From: Diplonema japonicum
Lineage: Eukaryota > Protista > Euglenozoa: Diplonemea
Direction: 5' to 3'
Assembly (NCBI GenBank): GCA_964019335.1
Contig: OZ025716.1
Span: 429,232-493,231, forward strand
DNA length: 64,000 nucleotides
Of the stretch, positions 43,659 through 55,896 are shown one piece after another. The notes under the pieces were generated by a model. The model did no database searches. It saw nothing but the letters and a program-made list of their open reading frames with translations, and was not told the origin of the DNA. A program made the position numbers and the translations under genes. Every line of letters starts with the position of its first letter. Position 1 is the first letter of the stretch.

Positions 43659-45955
43659 CGCTCTATATTCGCTAAGTGACCCACCAGAACCCGCATTTTG
43701 AAGAGCTAAAAAAATTTCTAATTGCTTTTTCTAGGGCTGGAATGGATTTATTTGCGTCCGGGGCCCAATGTTCGACATATGGAACTTTTTTTTGTAATAA
43801 AAGTTTTTTTGGTGATTTGCCTTACTTTGTACTACACAAAATGAAGCAGCTCCGGTGGAAAAAACACGGCACAAGTGGGGTTCGAACCCTGATGAAAAAA
43901 CCACTGCGTCGGGATTCGAACCCGCGACTCCTGGAACAAGGGGGCCTGACAGGTGAGCACGGTAACCACTCTACCACACAGGAATTCAAAACTCTGACCC
44001 CCCATCTTTACTCAGGCATCCGGCTTAGTGGGTGGAGTAGGTTCCCTTCTTTCCACACCAGATATCCTCCGCATACACACTCACGACGTGCCTCAGTCCA
44101 TCAACACTGTGATGAAATAAACACAGAATAAGAGATGAGCTAAAGGAGGTTCCTGTTCTGGAACGTCCTTGTCTACTTATCTCTACTTATCTACCTCTTT
44201 CCCTGTTCTCGAAGTCTAGTACGAGTTCCATTGCGGTGACTCGTCTCGGTCCGTCGTACTACTTCAGATTCCTGAGCTACTTGATAATGTCTTCTCCGTG
44301 TTTCATCATCAGGCTCCCGCTCACGTGCTTCCTCAGCTCCTACCACTCAGGTGTGCATGAGCGTTTCCTTCCGTTATCTGTTCCAGGGGTGCGTCGGGTA
44401 CGTTTCTAGCATTCTCTTGTCCTGGAGAAGCCGGTCTCGTTTTGCCACCATTTCCAGCAAGTTGCACTGCGTCTTCCTCAGCCGGTGTTGGTGTGATCGG
44501 TGACCAACACAGAATAATGATGAAAAGAAACTAGTACACTGAAGAGTAGGGGTCACCAGAAAAATCTGTTGTTTCTTCAGACGCTTGATCCACCCGACGT
44601 AGAACAGCAGGAAGGGAGGAGGAGGAAGGGGGGGGAGGTACTGATGTCTTCTTCTTTACTTTCTGTTGTCGCTACTGTCTTTGCTGCTGCTACTGCTGCT
44701 GTTACTGTTGTTGCTGCTGCGTTGGGGAGGTTGTATGTCCTCTGTTGTGCCTCGGGTGGCCCTCCCCTGCTTCCTCGGTCTTGTGCTTCTTGTACAAGAT
44801 GAGGCTGGGGTGCCATCCTTTGTTTTTGCCTGCATATGGCACTTCCACCCCGTCTGCTCTGAGATCTCACTTCTTGCCCTCTTTTGTGTAGTGGACCCGG
44901 TAGTGGAGCTCCTTGTGGCTGTACTCCGCTATCGCGATCCTGTCCATCTGGAGTCCTCGTTGTCTGAGGCTCTCTGCTGGAAGGGCTTGCTTGGTCTTTC
45001 CCTTCGAGTTGCCCGTGTGCTCTCAGGAGTAGGAAGTATTCTCCGGTCGTCGTCACTGCTTGTTTCATAGTCTCCGTTCCGTTCAGGCTGGTCATCAAAC
45101 CAGGGCACGCAGGTCAAGGATCTTCCAACGCAAACGTGACCGGTGATCGGTGTAATTCCCACATAAGTACCTTCCAAGCAGAAATAACTTCTGCCCCAAA
45201 GGCAACGTCACTTTCAAATGACTATGCCATTTGGACTGTACGTTGCCCTGTGGTGGACGGCGTAGACGCGCATCTGTCTCTTCAACTATAAACTCCCCTA
45301 CGGAACCCTCTTTGACCTTCTCGTCATCTCCACCGTTTGTATTTGGTGATTACGGCCGAAGTGCAGAGGACAGGACTGTTATGCTTACTGACTAACAACT
45401 AACAATCTTACAATGTTAAGAGCTGTCCTTCCCTCAAAACTGCACTTTTCTCAACTAGACTCCCACAAGCTTACGAAAAGCTTTCGCGGAAATACCGGTT
45501 TAGGCTGCCGTTTCTCCCCTGTGGTGAGCCTAAAAGAAATCCGCTGGAGTGGGGTTTGAACCCGCTTCGCCTAGGTACAGCCCCCCCAACTAGACTACTA
45601 TGCCTTCGAAAACATTTTCGGCTGAACTACTGGTCAGGAAGATGCTGGCTTCTGGGATCGAACCCTGTTAACCATGTTTTTCAAAGGGAAAAGTGCCCAG
45701 TTGCAAAAGTTTGGCAAAAATGGCCAAAACCCAAAATGGCGACTTCCAAGGTCATTTTGGTTGGCCCCCAATATTTTTTTTTTGGAAACTTTTTTTGGAA
45801 CTTCCTTGGAACTCACCGTTCTTTCATGTTCGACATATGGATTTTTTGAAAAAAAAAATTCAATGAACCTTTGGGCATTTTTGGCATTTTTTCCCCCTAT
45901 AGCCCCCTATAACCCCTTTGGGACATAGGGCGGGTCACTTAGCGAATATGGAGCG
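43659..45955 (-). mobile_element. Non-autonomous TIR DNA transposon, copy 2 (inverted, longer)
   Basis: TIRs at 43659-43682 (one mismatch) and 45932-45955; TTA at 43656-43658 and 45956-45958; colinear reverse complement of 7970-10078 with extra internal segments. Confidence 0.85.
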
Positions 45956-46002
45956 TTAAAATTTCTTTTTTTTATGGGAAAAACACTGTTCACGGTAAGC
46001 AA

Positions 46003-47960
46003 ATGTTTTCCACAACCAATGGAATCCTTCAGGGATGCCCGATTTCAGTGGTACTCATCAACGCGCTGTTGGCGGAGAACGACACAGGGGTCCGCTCGCT
46101 GTCTTACGCGGACAATGCATACCTCTTGGCACGGCTCGGTGCGGCGTTGCAGGAAGGCGTAGAAGCGGTGAAACAGGTGGGGATGAAGCTCAACACCAGG
46201 AAGACCAAGACCTTTGCAGTGAACAGGAAGACACCGGAGGTGAAGGTGAAAGGCGAGGAACTGCAGCCGACACGGACAGTAGGAGTACTGGGAGCCAAGC
46301 TGCGGACAGACGGCAGGCTGCAAACCAACGGCGACAGGACGGCGGAAGCACTCGGGACGCTGAGCAGGCTGGGAGCAACGCCGTTGTCCTTTCAGCAGAA
46401 AGCGAAAATCATCAGCAGCACGATCCTACCGAGCTGCCTCTACGACTGCCCATTCTCACCCCCGAAAACGGGACAAATGGCCACGCTGGTGAAGGAGACC
46501 ACGTACGCGCTCTGGGGGCAGAAGTACTGCACCAGGAACCCAGGCACAGTACTATCGGGACACACGAGCCACCCACAGGTGACAGCTGCGTACAGAGCAC
46601 TTATGCTCCTATACAGAGCCTGCAAGAAGGACGACAAGCTGTGGACACGCTGCGACGCCATTGCCAAACGGTACAGCGGGAAGAAGATACCGCTGGGGCC
46701 GGTGGGCATCATGATGGAAAGGTGGCTGCCTCAGATCAAGTTAAGCTGGGCACAGCTGAAGGACACCCACGCCCGAAAAGGAGCCCTACAAGCACTACAT
46801 CAGGGACCGACTCAGGCGGGCGGGAGCACAGGAAATCATGAGCAAACGGAGCACCATGGCGGGCATGGAAGCTGCGGCAGCAGCGGAGACCAACGCGCTG
46901 TGGAGGAAGCTGGTGGTGACGGACCCGATTGCAGCAAGGGACATGCGAAGAATCATCTCAGGGGCGGTGTTCTACATCAACCCACGGGGATGGCGCACGG
47001 ACACGGTGGAGCACATCCCGATGGCGGAAGGAGAAGAGGACGAGGATGAAGACGACGCTGAAGATGACCAAGAAGAAGAAGAAGAGGAAGGACAGGACAC
47101 AGAAAAGTGGCTGATTGCGGAGGCGAGGAAGCAAGAAGCGAAGCAAGCCGAACCCACGACGGCACACTGCGACATCTGCGGTCAGGAGCAACAGCTGCCC
47201 AACATGCTGGAGCACGCACTGTGGGAGTGTGGAAAGGCCAAAGAAGTGCAACGACGGGAGGAGCACGAAGGAATGACGCGCACGGGGCTGGAACCGTGTA
47301 CCAAGCATCCTGCCAAGGGGAGCCTCGAAGGAACGCAGAGGAACCTGCTGGCGGTGGTGGGGGAGCGGGACGCAGCCCTGCAAGCGAAGAGGCAAGAGGT
47401 GTACCACACACACCAGTAGCTGGAGATCACGCAAGGACAAGAACACCCAGTACCATCGGACAAGGACTTCGGCAAGCTACCGGCAGGGGATGTCCTACGG
47501 GAGTACACGAAGGTGCTGAGGTGGATGCGGCAACCGCTGGTATGCAGGCAGCAGGAACACGTCAGTGTCGACGGTGGAGCTGGCACTGGATTTCGAGAAC
47601 GTGACCGGGAAGACCCTGGGAGGGAAGCTGGGGGATCTCGCAGAAGTACAGCAGAAAGCGAGGAGATTGCATGGATTGATGAAGAAGATCTGGCACACAT
47701 GGGAGCTAGGAAGGGTACTGAAGAAGGTGAAAGGAAGGAGGGCCTTCCCAGCTGAGCCGTGCACAAGGGTGCACACACTACGATCCATCGGGAGGACAAA
47801 GGCGGTGATCGGATGGAACAGGAGGGCGATATTTGCATCACGGCGTTGAAAGGACAATGGGCAAGAGAACGAAGAGAAAGAGCGGCCAGGCTGGGGAGAA
47901 GGCCGGCAAGACCACCAAAGGAGGAGAAACCGCTGCTGAAAGGGGATAGGTGCAGGTAGA
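46003..47960 (+). mobile_element. 5'-truncated, decayed non-LTR retrotransposon (RT C-terminal half + CCHC knuckle)
   Basis: NGILQGCPIS, SYADN (YADD degenerate), GMKLNTRKT, VLGA; later CDICG...EHALWEC; frameshifts and stops. Confidence 0.8.
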
Positions 47961-48237
47961 GGAAGAGAACAAGGGGGCGTCTCACAAAGACTTCCTTTAA
48001 CTCATATATTTTTTATTACGTTTATACGTTTTTTATTTCCTCTTTTCATTTCTCGTTTGCAGGATTTCTTGCTTTTCTCCTTTTTCGCCTTTGAACTTAG
48101 AAAACAGCTGACTCCCTTTCTCACTTAAACTCTTTCGTGGTTTTTTCAAAAGAAAATACCCAATCGGCCGGGCTTCTCACAAAGACCTCCTTACTCATTT
48201 GTAACTTTTTACGTTCTAAGGGTGACAAAGAAAAAGA

Positions 48238-49299
48238 ATGGACATCTTTATTAAAGCTGGTGACCAGACACTCCCGTACACCCTGCATACCGACGACGTG
48301 GCAAGTACCGTGTTGTCTTGGGTCGAAGGTGAGACTGGGCTGCATGCCGACCTGCTCCATGTGGAGCACGAAGGGGCAATAGTCGCGAACAAAAGCCCTC
48401 TTGCTGGGTTAGCTATCTGCGGTGGCGACACACTACACGTTGCGGTGAATAAGGACAGGCTGGTACCGTTTGTGAATGAGGGGATGGTCAGGGTGCAGTT
48501 GGATAGCTTGGACCCGCAGACGGACGCCGTTGCTCTTCCCATCAGGCTGCAGTACACAGCTGAGCGCGCTGCAAGTTCTGCAGTGCAGCATTTCTTAGAA
48601 GGAGGGAATTCCGCCGTCATCATCGCAGGGTGCGACAACACGCATGGGACCAGGTGCTTCCGGGAGATACTGGAGCAGGTTTGCGAAAAGACCGGTCCCG
48701 GCAAGGAAGTCATGATCGTTACCGTTCGTGGTTACAAGCTTGTGGACATGGTGAAGTGGGGCCTAGGGTCAGGGGAGAACGATGTAAAGATAATAGAAGA
48801 TCCGGCCCGGCGGGTCACCTTGCGGGGTTGCAGTGTGCACAATAGTGAGGATGTGCTGGACGTGTACAGCCATTGTGCCAAAGAGTTGTATATACACACC
48901 ATCAGCATGAGCCATAGGCCGGGCGGCGAGACAAAAATCGCGATTTTCACCGACCGTAACTGTGACCCCCCGGCGGTTCTCACCCTTGCGCAGATGAGAT
49001 GGGACCACGCGGAAGTTGCCAATCAGCAGAGGGTCTTGCGATCCATCATAACTTCCTACCCACGTAAGCGGCACCACCCTTACCGCGATTCTCGTTTCAC
49101 ACGTCTTCTTCAAAACAACCTGTCTGACCCTACATCCTACACAGCCCTTGTCGGGGCTGTCTCGGCTTCTCCTGACCGCATCGAGCAGACAGCCGACGTC
49201 ATCGAAATGCTACGTGACGCGACGCAGTGTGGCAAGGCCTCTACGACAACAGACGAAGGGGAGAGAGGTGGGCTTGGCAAGCGAGCAGGATGTGTCTAA
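48238..49299 (+). CDS. Ubiquitin-like domain fused to a degenerate kinesin motor-like domain
   Basis: N-terminal Ubl (MDIFIKAG...HEG...GGDTLHV); FLEGGNSAVIIAG, KIIED, HHPYRDSRFTRLLQNNL...ALVGAVS match kinesin motifs; P-loop not conserved. Confidence 0.65.
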   Translation: MDIFIKAGDQTLPYTLHTDDVASTVLSWVEGETGLHADLLHVEHEGAIVANKSPLAGLAICGGDTLHVAVNKDRLVPFVNEGMVRVQLDSLDPQTDAVALPIRLQYTAERAASSAVQHFLEGGNSAVIIAGCDNTHGTRCFREILEQVCEKTGPGKEVMIVTVRGYKLVDMVKWGLGSGENDVKIIEDPARRVTLRGCSVHNSEDVLDVYSHCAKELYIHTISMSHRPGGETKIAIFTDRNCDPPAVLTLAQMRWDHAEVANQQRVLRSIITSYPRKRHHPYRDSRFTRLLQNNLSDPTSYTALVGAVSASPDRIEQTADVIEMLRDATQCGKASTTTDEGERGGLGKRAGCV

Positions 49300-49752
49300 A
49301 ATTAAAAGACAGGAAGAAAGAAATAACAACGCGGTGTGGGCGGAAGAAAAAGCTAGTGGGTAGAAAACCATTCTATTAAGTCGTGTATCCCACAAAACAC
49401 CCCAGACCTGTTGTCTGGGGACAGAAACGCAAAACAATAAAAAAAGAAAGAATGAACGATATGACAGTGTTCGTGAAGTAACCTAGTCCTGCACACCAAG
49501 TCGCAGGACGGGCAGACCCTCCCGCGGGTGGTCAAGACTCCATCCATGGCCCATGGAACAGCTTGGTTCGTTCTGTCCGGGCGTTCTTAAAGGCAACGTT
49601 TTCCCACTTTACTGTGCAAATTACCGATCTTTTTTTTTTAAAGACCTATAACTTAGTGTCCTTCCTCTTGCTTTTTCTCGCTTTTTTTAAGTTGTCTTCT
49701 TTTAAATCTGCCGCTGTGGAGAAACAAAAACTGTCAAAACTTAAGACCTCAA

Positions 49753-49766
49753 CCCATACCATACCT

Positions 49767-49852
<86 letters not shown>

Positions 49853-49861
49853 GCCCATGCC
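49753..49861. repeat. (CCATAC)n hexamer microsatellite
   Basis: About 18 units with degenerate ends. Confidence 0.95.
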
Positions 49862-50547
49862 TAGCAATGCAGTAGCGAAGGTAGTGATTGATCAGAGCGT
49901 CGACAAAAAATGTGGGGGCGGCTGCAGGATTTGAGTCTTGCTGATACGTACGTGCCGAACGTGACAAAAGTTCAATTTGTATGATGGGAGTAGGAGCAAG
50001 CAGGTTGGTGTTCCAAGGGGCTAAGGACAATGACCCTTTACAGGAGACAGTGACAGAATGGGAGGAGAAATCGAAAATTGTTCTGAGGCTCCACAAAGGA
50101 TCAGCCATCTCCTTTCTCTTTCTTATCGCGATACCCAAACCCCAACACGAACTGATGTGACTTTCACCATGTCTTATACACCACCTTGTGGTTGTGCTGG
50201 AAGCTTCATTGACCCCCTCCTGCGCGGGATCATCGCTCATAAAATTCAGCAAGTCGGAAACAGCATGGCTGAGTACTACCACAAGAACACGTGATTATCT
50301 TTCTGTTGTTGTTGGTCGTGAGCAAAATAGGAACCCCGAATGATACGGGATCAACATATCGAAAAGTTTGACTACAGAACCCACTACTTGATAGAGCCGA
50401 CTGTGGTGGTCGTGCACCGCCGTTTGACTTGGTACCTTACCATGTTTTCTTTTTTACTACGGTAAACGATAATCTTTGTTTCTCCTGTTTTTTTCTTGAA
50501 TGCAGCTCATAATAAGATCCACCATTCAGATTAAAAGAAGTTTAAGA

Positions 50548-51810
50548 ATGAAGTCTCAGACTGCCATCATGATGCTCCTGGTTTGCAGTCTCATTGCGGT
50601 GACACGGCGAAAGTTCGAGAACGACAAAAAACTATCGCTTTTGATGATGGAGGTTGAAAGTGGGAATGCAACAGAGCCATACGGCAGCCCTGCGCAGAAC
50701 ACGACGAAGGCCTCTACTACCGCTGAGACAGACGAGACGAGGAGGATGGCGTTGTACCATCGCTGTGTCGACGCGATAATGCACAACGGGAATGTCACAG
50801 GGTGTCCTCGGAAGCCTGTGAAACCGACACGGCTCCTGCTGCTCATTGGGGACAGCACGGCGCGTGAGTTGGGGCGAGGCATGGACAGCGCCTACACTAC
50901 AGAGACGTATACTGTTGGGGTGCGTGTTACAAAGCTCTTGCTGTTCAAACGCAAGCTTGTGACATACGAGGACGGGGTGGAGGTCACAACTACCATAGTG
51001 CTGATCGGACTGTGCAAGATCGACGACATCCGCGCTCAGCTGCTGAAGTCCGTAGAAAATGTTCTGGAGAAGTACGGCAATCCCGATGTAGTGTACATGT
51101 CGACGGGAGGGCTCCACGAGTGCACGTGGCCTTGGAGGAACTCGGACCCACTGTACGCGTCGGTGCTGCAGAGAAAGATCCCCGACACCTTCGAACAGGA
51201 CTGGGTAAGGAGGCAGCAGGGGTTCGCAAACAAGCCCATCCTTTCGGTGGCGGTAGACGAATATGTTGAGATGCAGAGCCCTTGCTTCATGGAGACGATT
51301 AGAAAGACGAGACTTATGATGCCGGAGGCAGTGATGGTGTGGCGGCCATTTATCAACGCAACGGTCCTCCGCACAGGCGGTCTCGTGAGGTCGCAACGCT
51401 TTACCCCAAAATTCTGTAGGAGGAACCAGTTCTGGTCAGAGTATCGCCTGCAGGTCTGTGGCCTCGTCCATGAAAAGCACAAGGGCTTCGCGAAAACCGT
51501 CCGTGGGATGGGGATCGCCATCTTGGACAACACAGCATACTACCCGGAGCATTGCACCTCGGGAGACTCCCTCCACCTCGACCACGACTGCCAGCGCATC
51601 ATCGGCAGCATTGTGACAGACATTCAGAGGCTTGGGCAGCAGGTTATTCCCGCTGCGATGAAGGCAAATGTGAATGCTGTGTGCGCTCCTGGCTATTTTA
51701 ATGAAAAGCTGAAGGCGGTCAAACCCCTGCGCCCTTCGGAACACCCCCCTGCAGAAGACATAGACGGCAGCATCGAGCAGTGCCGCAGGCTGCGCGGCTC
51801 TGGGAAGTGA
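50548..51810 (+). CDS. Type II membrane SGNH/PC-esterase-like protein
   Basis: N-terminal hydrophobic anchor, LLLIGDSTARE (GDS), GGLHE, DSLH (DxxH). Confidence 0.7.
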   Translation: MKSQTAIMMLLVCSLIAVTRRKFENDKKLSLLMMEVESGNATEPYGSPAQNTTKASTTAETDETRRMALYHRCVDAIMHNGNVTGCPRKPVKPTRLLLLIGDSTARELGRGMDSAYTTETYTVGVRVTKLLLFKRKLVTYEDGVEVTTTIVLIGLCKIDDIRAQLLKSVENVLEKYGNPDVVYMSTGGLHECTWPWRNSDPLYASVLQRKIPDTFEQDWVRRQQGFANKPILSVAVDEYVEMQSPCFMETIRKTRLMMPEAVMVWRPFINATVLRTGGLVRSQRFTPKFCRRNQFWSEYRLQVCGLVHEKHKGFAKTVRGMGIAILDNTAYYPEHCTSGDSLHLDHDCQRIIGSIVTDIQRLGQQVIPAAMKANVNAVCAPGYFNEKLKAVKPLRPSEHPPAEDIDGSIEQCRRLRGSGK

Positions 51811-54082
51811 GAACTCAGGCACACAGGTCATGCCAAGGACCTTCACCCTCTTGTGTTTGTTTCTCCTTCCTTCTAACTTTTCTTTCCCTTATTCGCCACA
51901 CTTCCCACCCCTTAAACCCTTTACCGTTAAGTTGAGAAATTGAATCTTCTGTGTACTTGGGTTCCCCTCCCCTTTTAGATAAAGAAGAGGTACATCAGAT
52001 GTGTTTTGCTTGTCGGTGCACGAGCGCAGAATCTTGGTTACCCGGGGCACCCCGGCTGAGCTGTTCTGCACACGACGCGGGATGCAGAAGCTCGGCCGAG
52101 GCGCCCCGTAATCAAGTGGATCAAGTTCTTGTGCGAACACCGGCCTCCTTTATCTCTCTTATTTTATCTTATTCTCACCCCCTTTCCCCCCGCCATTTTT
52201 GTTTTATACCATTCGCAATATCAAAACTTAACTTTCATTGTGCACCAAAGAAGTAACTACTTGGCGTTCCTCTTTTTTCTTTTGGATTAAAAAGAAAAGG
52301 CTGCTCAGTTTCTTGGAAGAACAAGAAAGAGTTGTGGTGGCATCAGTACTTTCTCAGCTGTTCCGTGTGCAAACAAATGCAATTGAGTGCCACTCTATTT
52401 TGTAACATTTTGTCACTAAAGATCATTCGAGGCAGCACAGTTCTATCTTTTTCTATAGGTTTCTAATAACGCACCCCGTGCTATAAAAACTTTGTCTCTA
52501 CCTATTCGTTTGCATGACCTGTCCGCGAAGTACCCAAAGCCAAGGGAGACACAACTAGAACTTCCAGACAATTTTCTTCTTTTTGTCATTAATTTTTTTA
52601 TTAGCTTTGCCTGTGCAAATAATAAAATGAAGAAAAATAATGAGAATTCTCCCTTCTGACAACTTGCTTAATGCATGAAACAGATCTTTGTGTTGATATT
52701 CTTGACTTCGGTTTTCGCTGCAACAGTTTAAAAAGGAAATGATACCTTTTGCACTTTTCTAATCTTGTAGTCAGTTCAGCCAGGGTGACTAGTGCTCGGC
52801 AGAGGCAGTCAGTTATTCCACTACCAACCGGCAGAGCAACTGTCACCTAGGCACAGACTGACCTTTTAAAACACAAAATGCCCCCCCTACCTTAATTCAA
52901 CTTGACATTATACTAATCTTTTTTTGTTTTTCAGAAAATAGGAAAAAGACAGTTAAGTAAGGGCAAACCCGAGGGGGGGAAAAAGGAAAAAGAAAGGACT
53001 GTATCGAGTCATCAATAGGAATTGCAAGACGAACTCCGGAGGAAAAAAGAACCCCCCCCTCCCCCCATCCCAAGAAGAATGAAGGGAACCATCGAAGAAG
53101 AAGCGGGCAAAAAAGAAAGAAAACCGACAAATCACTTACTGCAAATCTCTCAAGGTTTCTAGGGGAATGTAAAAGGAGGAGAAGGTTCCTCCGACACTTT
53201 TCTTTTTTTTTTTTTGCTCGAACAAAGAAAAACAATAGTCTGTCTTTAAGTAAGTTGATTATCAACAGAAAGAATGGTGGACAGCTGCCTGTCGAAGCTT
53301 TTATCGAATTTCTTTTTCCTCATTCTTTTTTCAGAATTGCACAATAAACGAGTAAGAGAACTTGAAAGAATTCGTCTGTCTTTGTCCCTACTTTAGGTGA
53401 ATACGGTTATCCTTCTATAGGTGAATATCAGCTGACTCTTTTTTGCTTTTTTCCGTTTGTGTTTTTTGAAGAAAGAAAATAAGAACAAAGGAAGAGGAAA
53501 GGTCAATACCGCAAGACCTATTTATTCTCTGACTTTGAATTAAACCAAAAGACTCTCTCCGCTACCCGTAATTTCAAGCTTTTAGCTGTTCTCCTCTCTA
53601 GTTTTTCTTTACTACTTTCTTCCTCTCGCGTACCCTTGCTTTCCCGCGTACCTGCTTTGATTTTCTTTTTCGTTCTCATCCCAGATGAGAAAAAACGGTA
53701 CTACATTGCTCTCACAAACACAAAAGGTGGAACTATGGGACAGTAAGGTAGTGGACTGTTGTGGACAGTTGATACGGTTGAAAGAAACTGAGATACATGT
53801 GAGTTCCTTGCTTGAACTATGGTACGTGTACTGCCGTCACTAAGACTCCTGTGCAAGTTGTTGATGCATGGACAGGTAAGGCTGCGGTTGCTTCGATGAC
53901 ATACCTTAGAGGACATCCTATCGCTCTTCGGGGGCTCTGTCACAGTTGCTGACTTTTCGAATGTTATTCTTGAGGCGCTGGCGGATTACACAAACCCGCA
54001 CGAGAAATAAAGCAACCTCTTGGTTTTTTAAAGTTGGAAAAAAAAAAAGAAGAAGAAAGAAAAAGTTCCACTGGAGGTGGCT

Positions 54083-55153
54083 ATGGCTGGCCAGATTGGT
54101 ATCGCTGGACTTGGATACATGATGGTAAAGCAGTACTTCGCAAGCTTGGAAGGTGGGTCGGACGGAGAGCGCCGCAGCCGCATTGTGGGTTGTGAGGTGC
54201 AGAAGTCGGAAACATACCGCGAGTTCGAGTTCCCGAGGACGGTCCAGGATTTCCAGATCACGTACGCGTGTGGGTGTTCGGCGGTGCAACCTGTTCGTTT
54301 CAAGGGTGGCGTGCTCAAGGGGACTCTGGAAACGGCATGGAGGGTGGTCAAGTTGCAGACCCGGGGGTGCAGACACCACCCGACACCGGGGAAGGAAGGG
54401 GTAGTGGGCATTGCGGCGGGAGCCGGCGCTACCAAGGTGACACTACGTGAGTTCTTGGAGAGGTGCGACGCAAGGATAAGGGCCCCAGTGGGAAAGGTCA
54501 AGGACCTGATCAAAGTGAAGGCGTGGGTGAGGGATGGAAGGAAGGTCACCCTCGACGTCTACGAGGGGAGGGGGCCCTGCGAGAAGGAGACGAGGCGCAC
54601 TGTCCAAGACCATCTGCGGAAGATGGGTGTTGAAGAGGTCGACCTGCAGTCAGCGGTGGTGACGGTCCCGGGGTTGTTCGAGGACGTCTCCTTTGAGAGG
54701 TACCTTGGGCTGTTGGCCCGGAAGAAGGAGGAAGACAGGGAGAGGCGGCCTGAGGTGGTTGCCACGGACCTCCCCACCCTGGAAGAGCTGAAGTGGAGCA
54801 AGAAGGACAAGAAGCGGGCCCGGGCCCGATCGGCCAGTACTGACTCGGATTGTGTGGAGGGTGGCTACATCTATCTGAAGGGTACGGGGGCGGATGGCAC
54901 CGTGGTCGAAGCCAACATATGCAGGGGTGAGCTCAAGGGGATGACCGGGCCCCAGTTCAAGTTCTTGGCGGAGCACAGGTTGATGGAAGAGCTGGGGAGC
55001 GACGACCTGGTGCGGGACACGGTCAAGGTGCGCAACAGGGAGAACTGGGCCCCGGTGAACAGTGCGGTGGCTTGGCTGCAGCTCGAGTCGGGGAGGGCAC
55101 GGGTGGGGCCCATACCCCACAAGAAGAGGTCCAAAGGCTCGCTGGCCAGATAG
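54083..55153 (+). CDS. Hypothetical protein (~356 aa) with G-rich, retroelement-like codon usage
   Basis: Uninterrupted ORF, no recognisable domain; composition resembles the adjacent retrotransposon. Confidence 0.6.
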   Translation: MAGQIGIAGLGYMMVKQYFASLEGGSDGERRSRIVGCEVQKSETYREFEFPRTVQDFQITYACGCSAVQPVRFKGGVLKGTLETAWRVVKLQTRGCRHHPTPGKEGVVGIAAGAGATKVTLREFLERCDARIRAPVGKVKDLIKVKAWVRDGRKVTLDVYEGRGPCEKETRRTVQDHLRKMGVEEVDLQSAVVTVPGLFEDVSFERYLGLLARKKEEDRERRPEVVATDLPTLEELKWSKKDKKRARARSASTDSDCVEGGYIYLKGTGADGTVVEANICRGELKGMTGPQFKFLAEHRLMEELGSDDLVRDTVKVRNRENWAPVNSAVAWLQLESGRARVGPIPHKKRSKGSLAR

Positions 55154-55857
55154 GCCAGCGGGGGTGTGGGGGGCTGGTCCCCCCCCCCCCCCCGCCATAG
55201 GAAGATGTGAATTTTTTTTTTTTTTCTGAGAAAAAAAAAAAGGGAAAAATAAAAGAATAGGGAACAGGTGCTACAACGGCCAGGCTAGATAGAACCACTT
55301 AGATTTTTTTTTTTTTTTTTTCCTTTTTTTTTTTTCTTTTTGTTTTTCTTTTTGAAGTGGAACCATCTCGGTCGACGTTTTTTTTTTTTCTTTTTTCTTT
55401 TTTCTTTTGTGGTGATGTGTTTTTCCTGTTTTTGATTTTCTTCTTCCCCGCTCTATGCTTTTTCGCATGGACATTGGTCACTCTGCCCCTTTCCCCTTTT
55501 TTGATTCTCCCTCTTTCCCCCTCCTAAATTTTACCCCCTGCCCCACTCATTCCTCCCTAGTATGTTTTTGAATTTGCCTCTTCTTCTTTTAAGCCTTTTT
55601 TGAGATTTTTATTTTTGAATTTTTATCATTTGGAGTTGCTTCTTCTTCTTCCCCTCTCCCTCCCATAAAGAAAAAGAGAAACCCATGCCTTCCTCCCAGG
55701 TTGGAACTTGATTGTCTGTTTTGGAATATTTTTATTTTCTCTTAAGGTTTATCGCGCCTTGTGTGTCTTTTGAAGGAAAAAAAAAAAAAAAAAAAAAAAA
55801 AAAACATTCTCAAGTCCCCCTTTTTATTTATTTTCTCAAGTCCCCCTTTTTAAAAAA

Positions 55858-55896
55858 AACCAACGATTCTAAAGCTACAGTTTCTGTACTTTATTG
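55858..55896 (+). ncRNA. Spliced-leader (mini-exon) sequence, 39 nt, diplonemid type
   Basis: AACCAACGATTCTAAAGCTACAGTTTCTGTACTTTATTG followed by GT. The 39-nt length and 3' CAGTTTCTGTACTTTATTG match kinetoplastid/diplonemid SL exons. Confidence 0.9.

Noticed and set aside
49563-50282. ORFs with (IP)n, (MG)n and (GY)n runs
   Set aside because: Translations of the CCATAC microsatellite.
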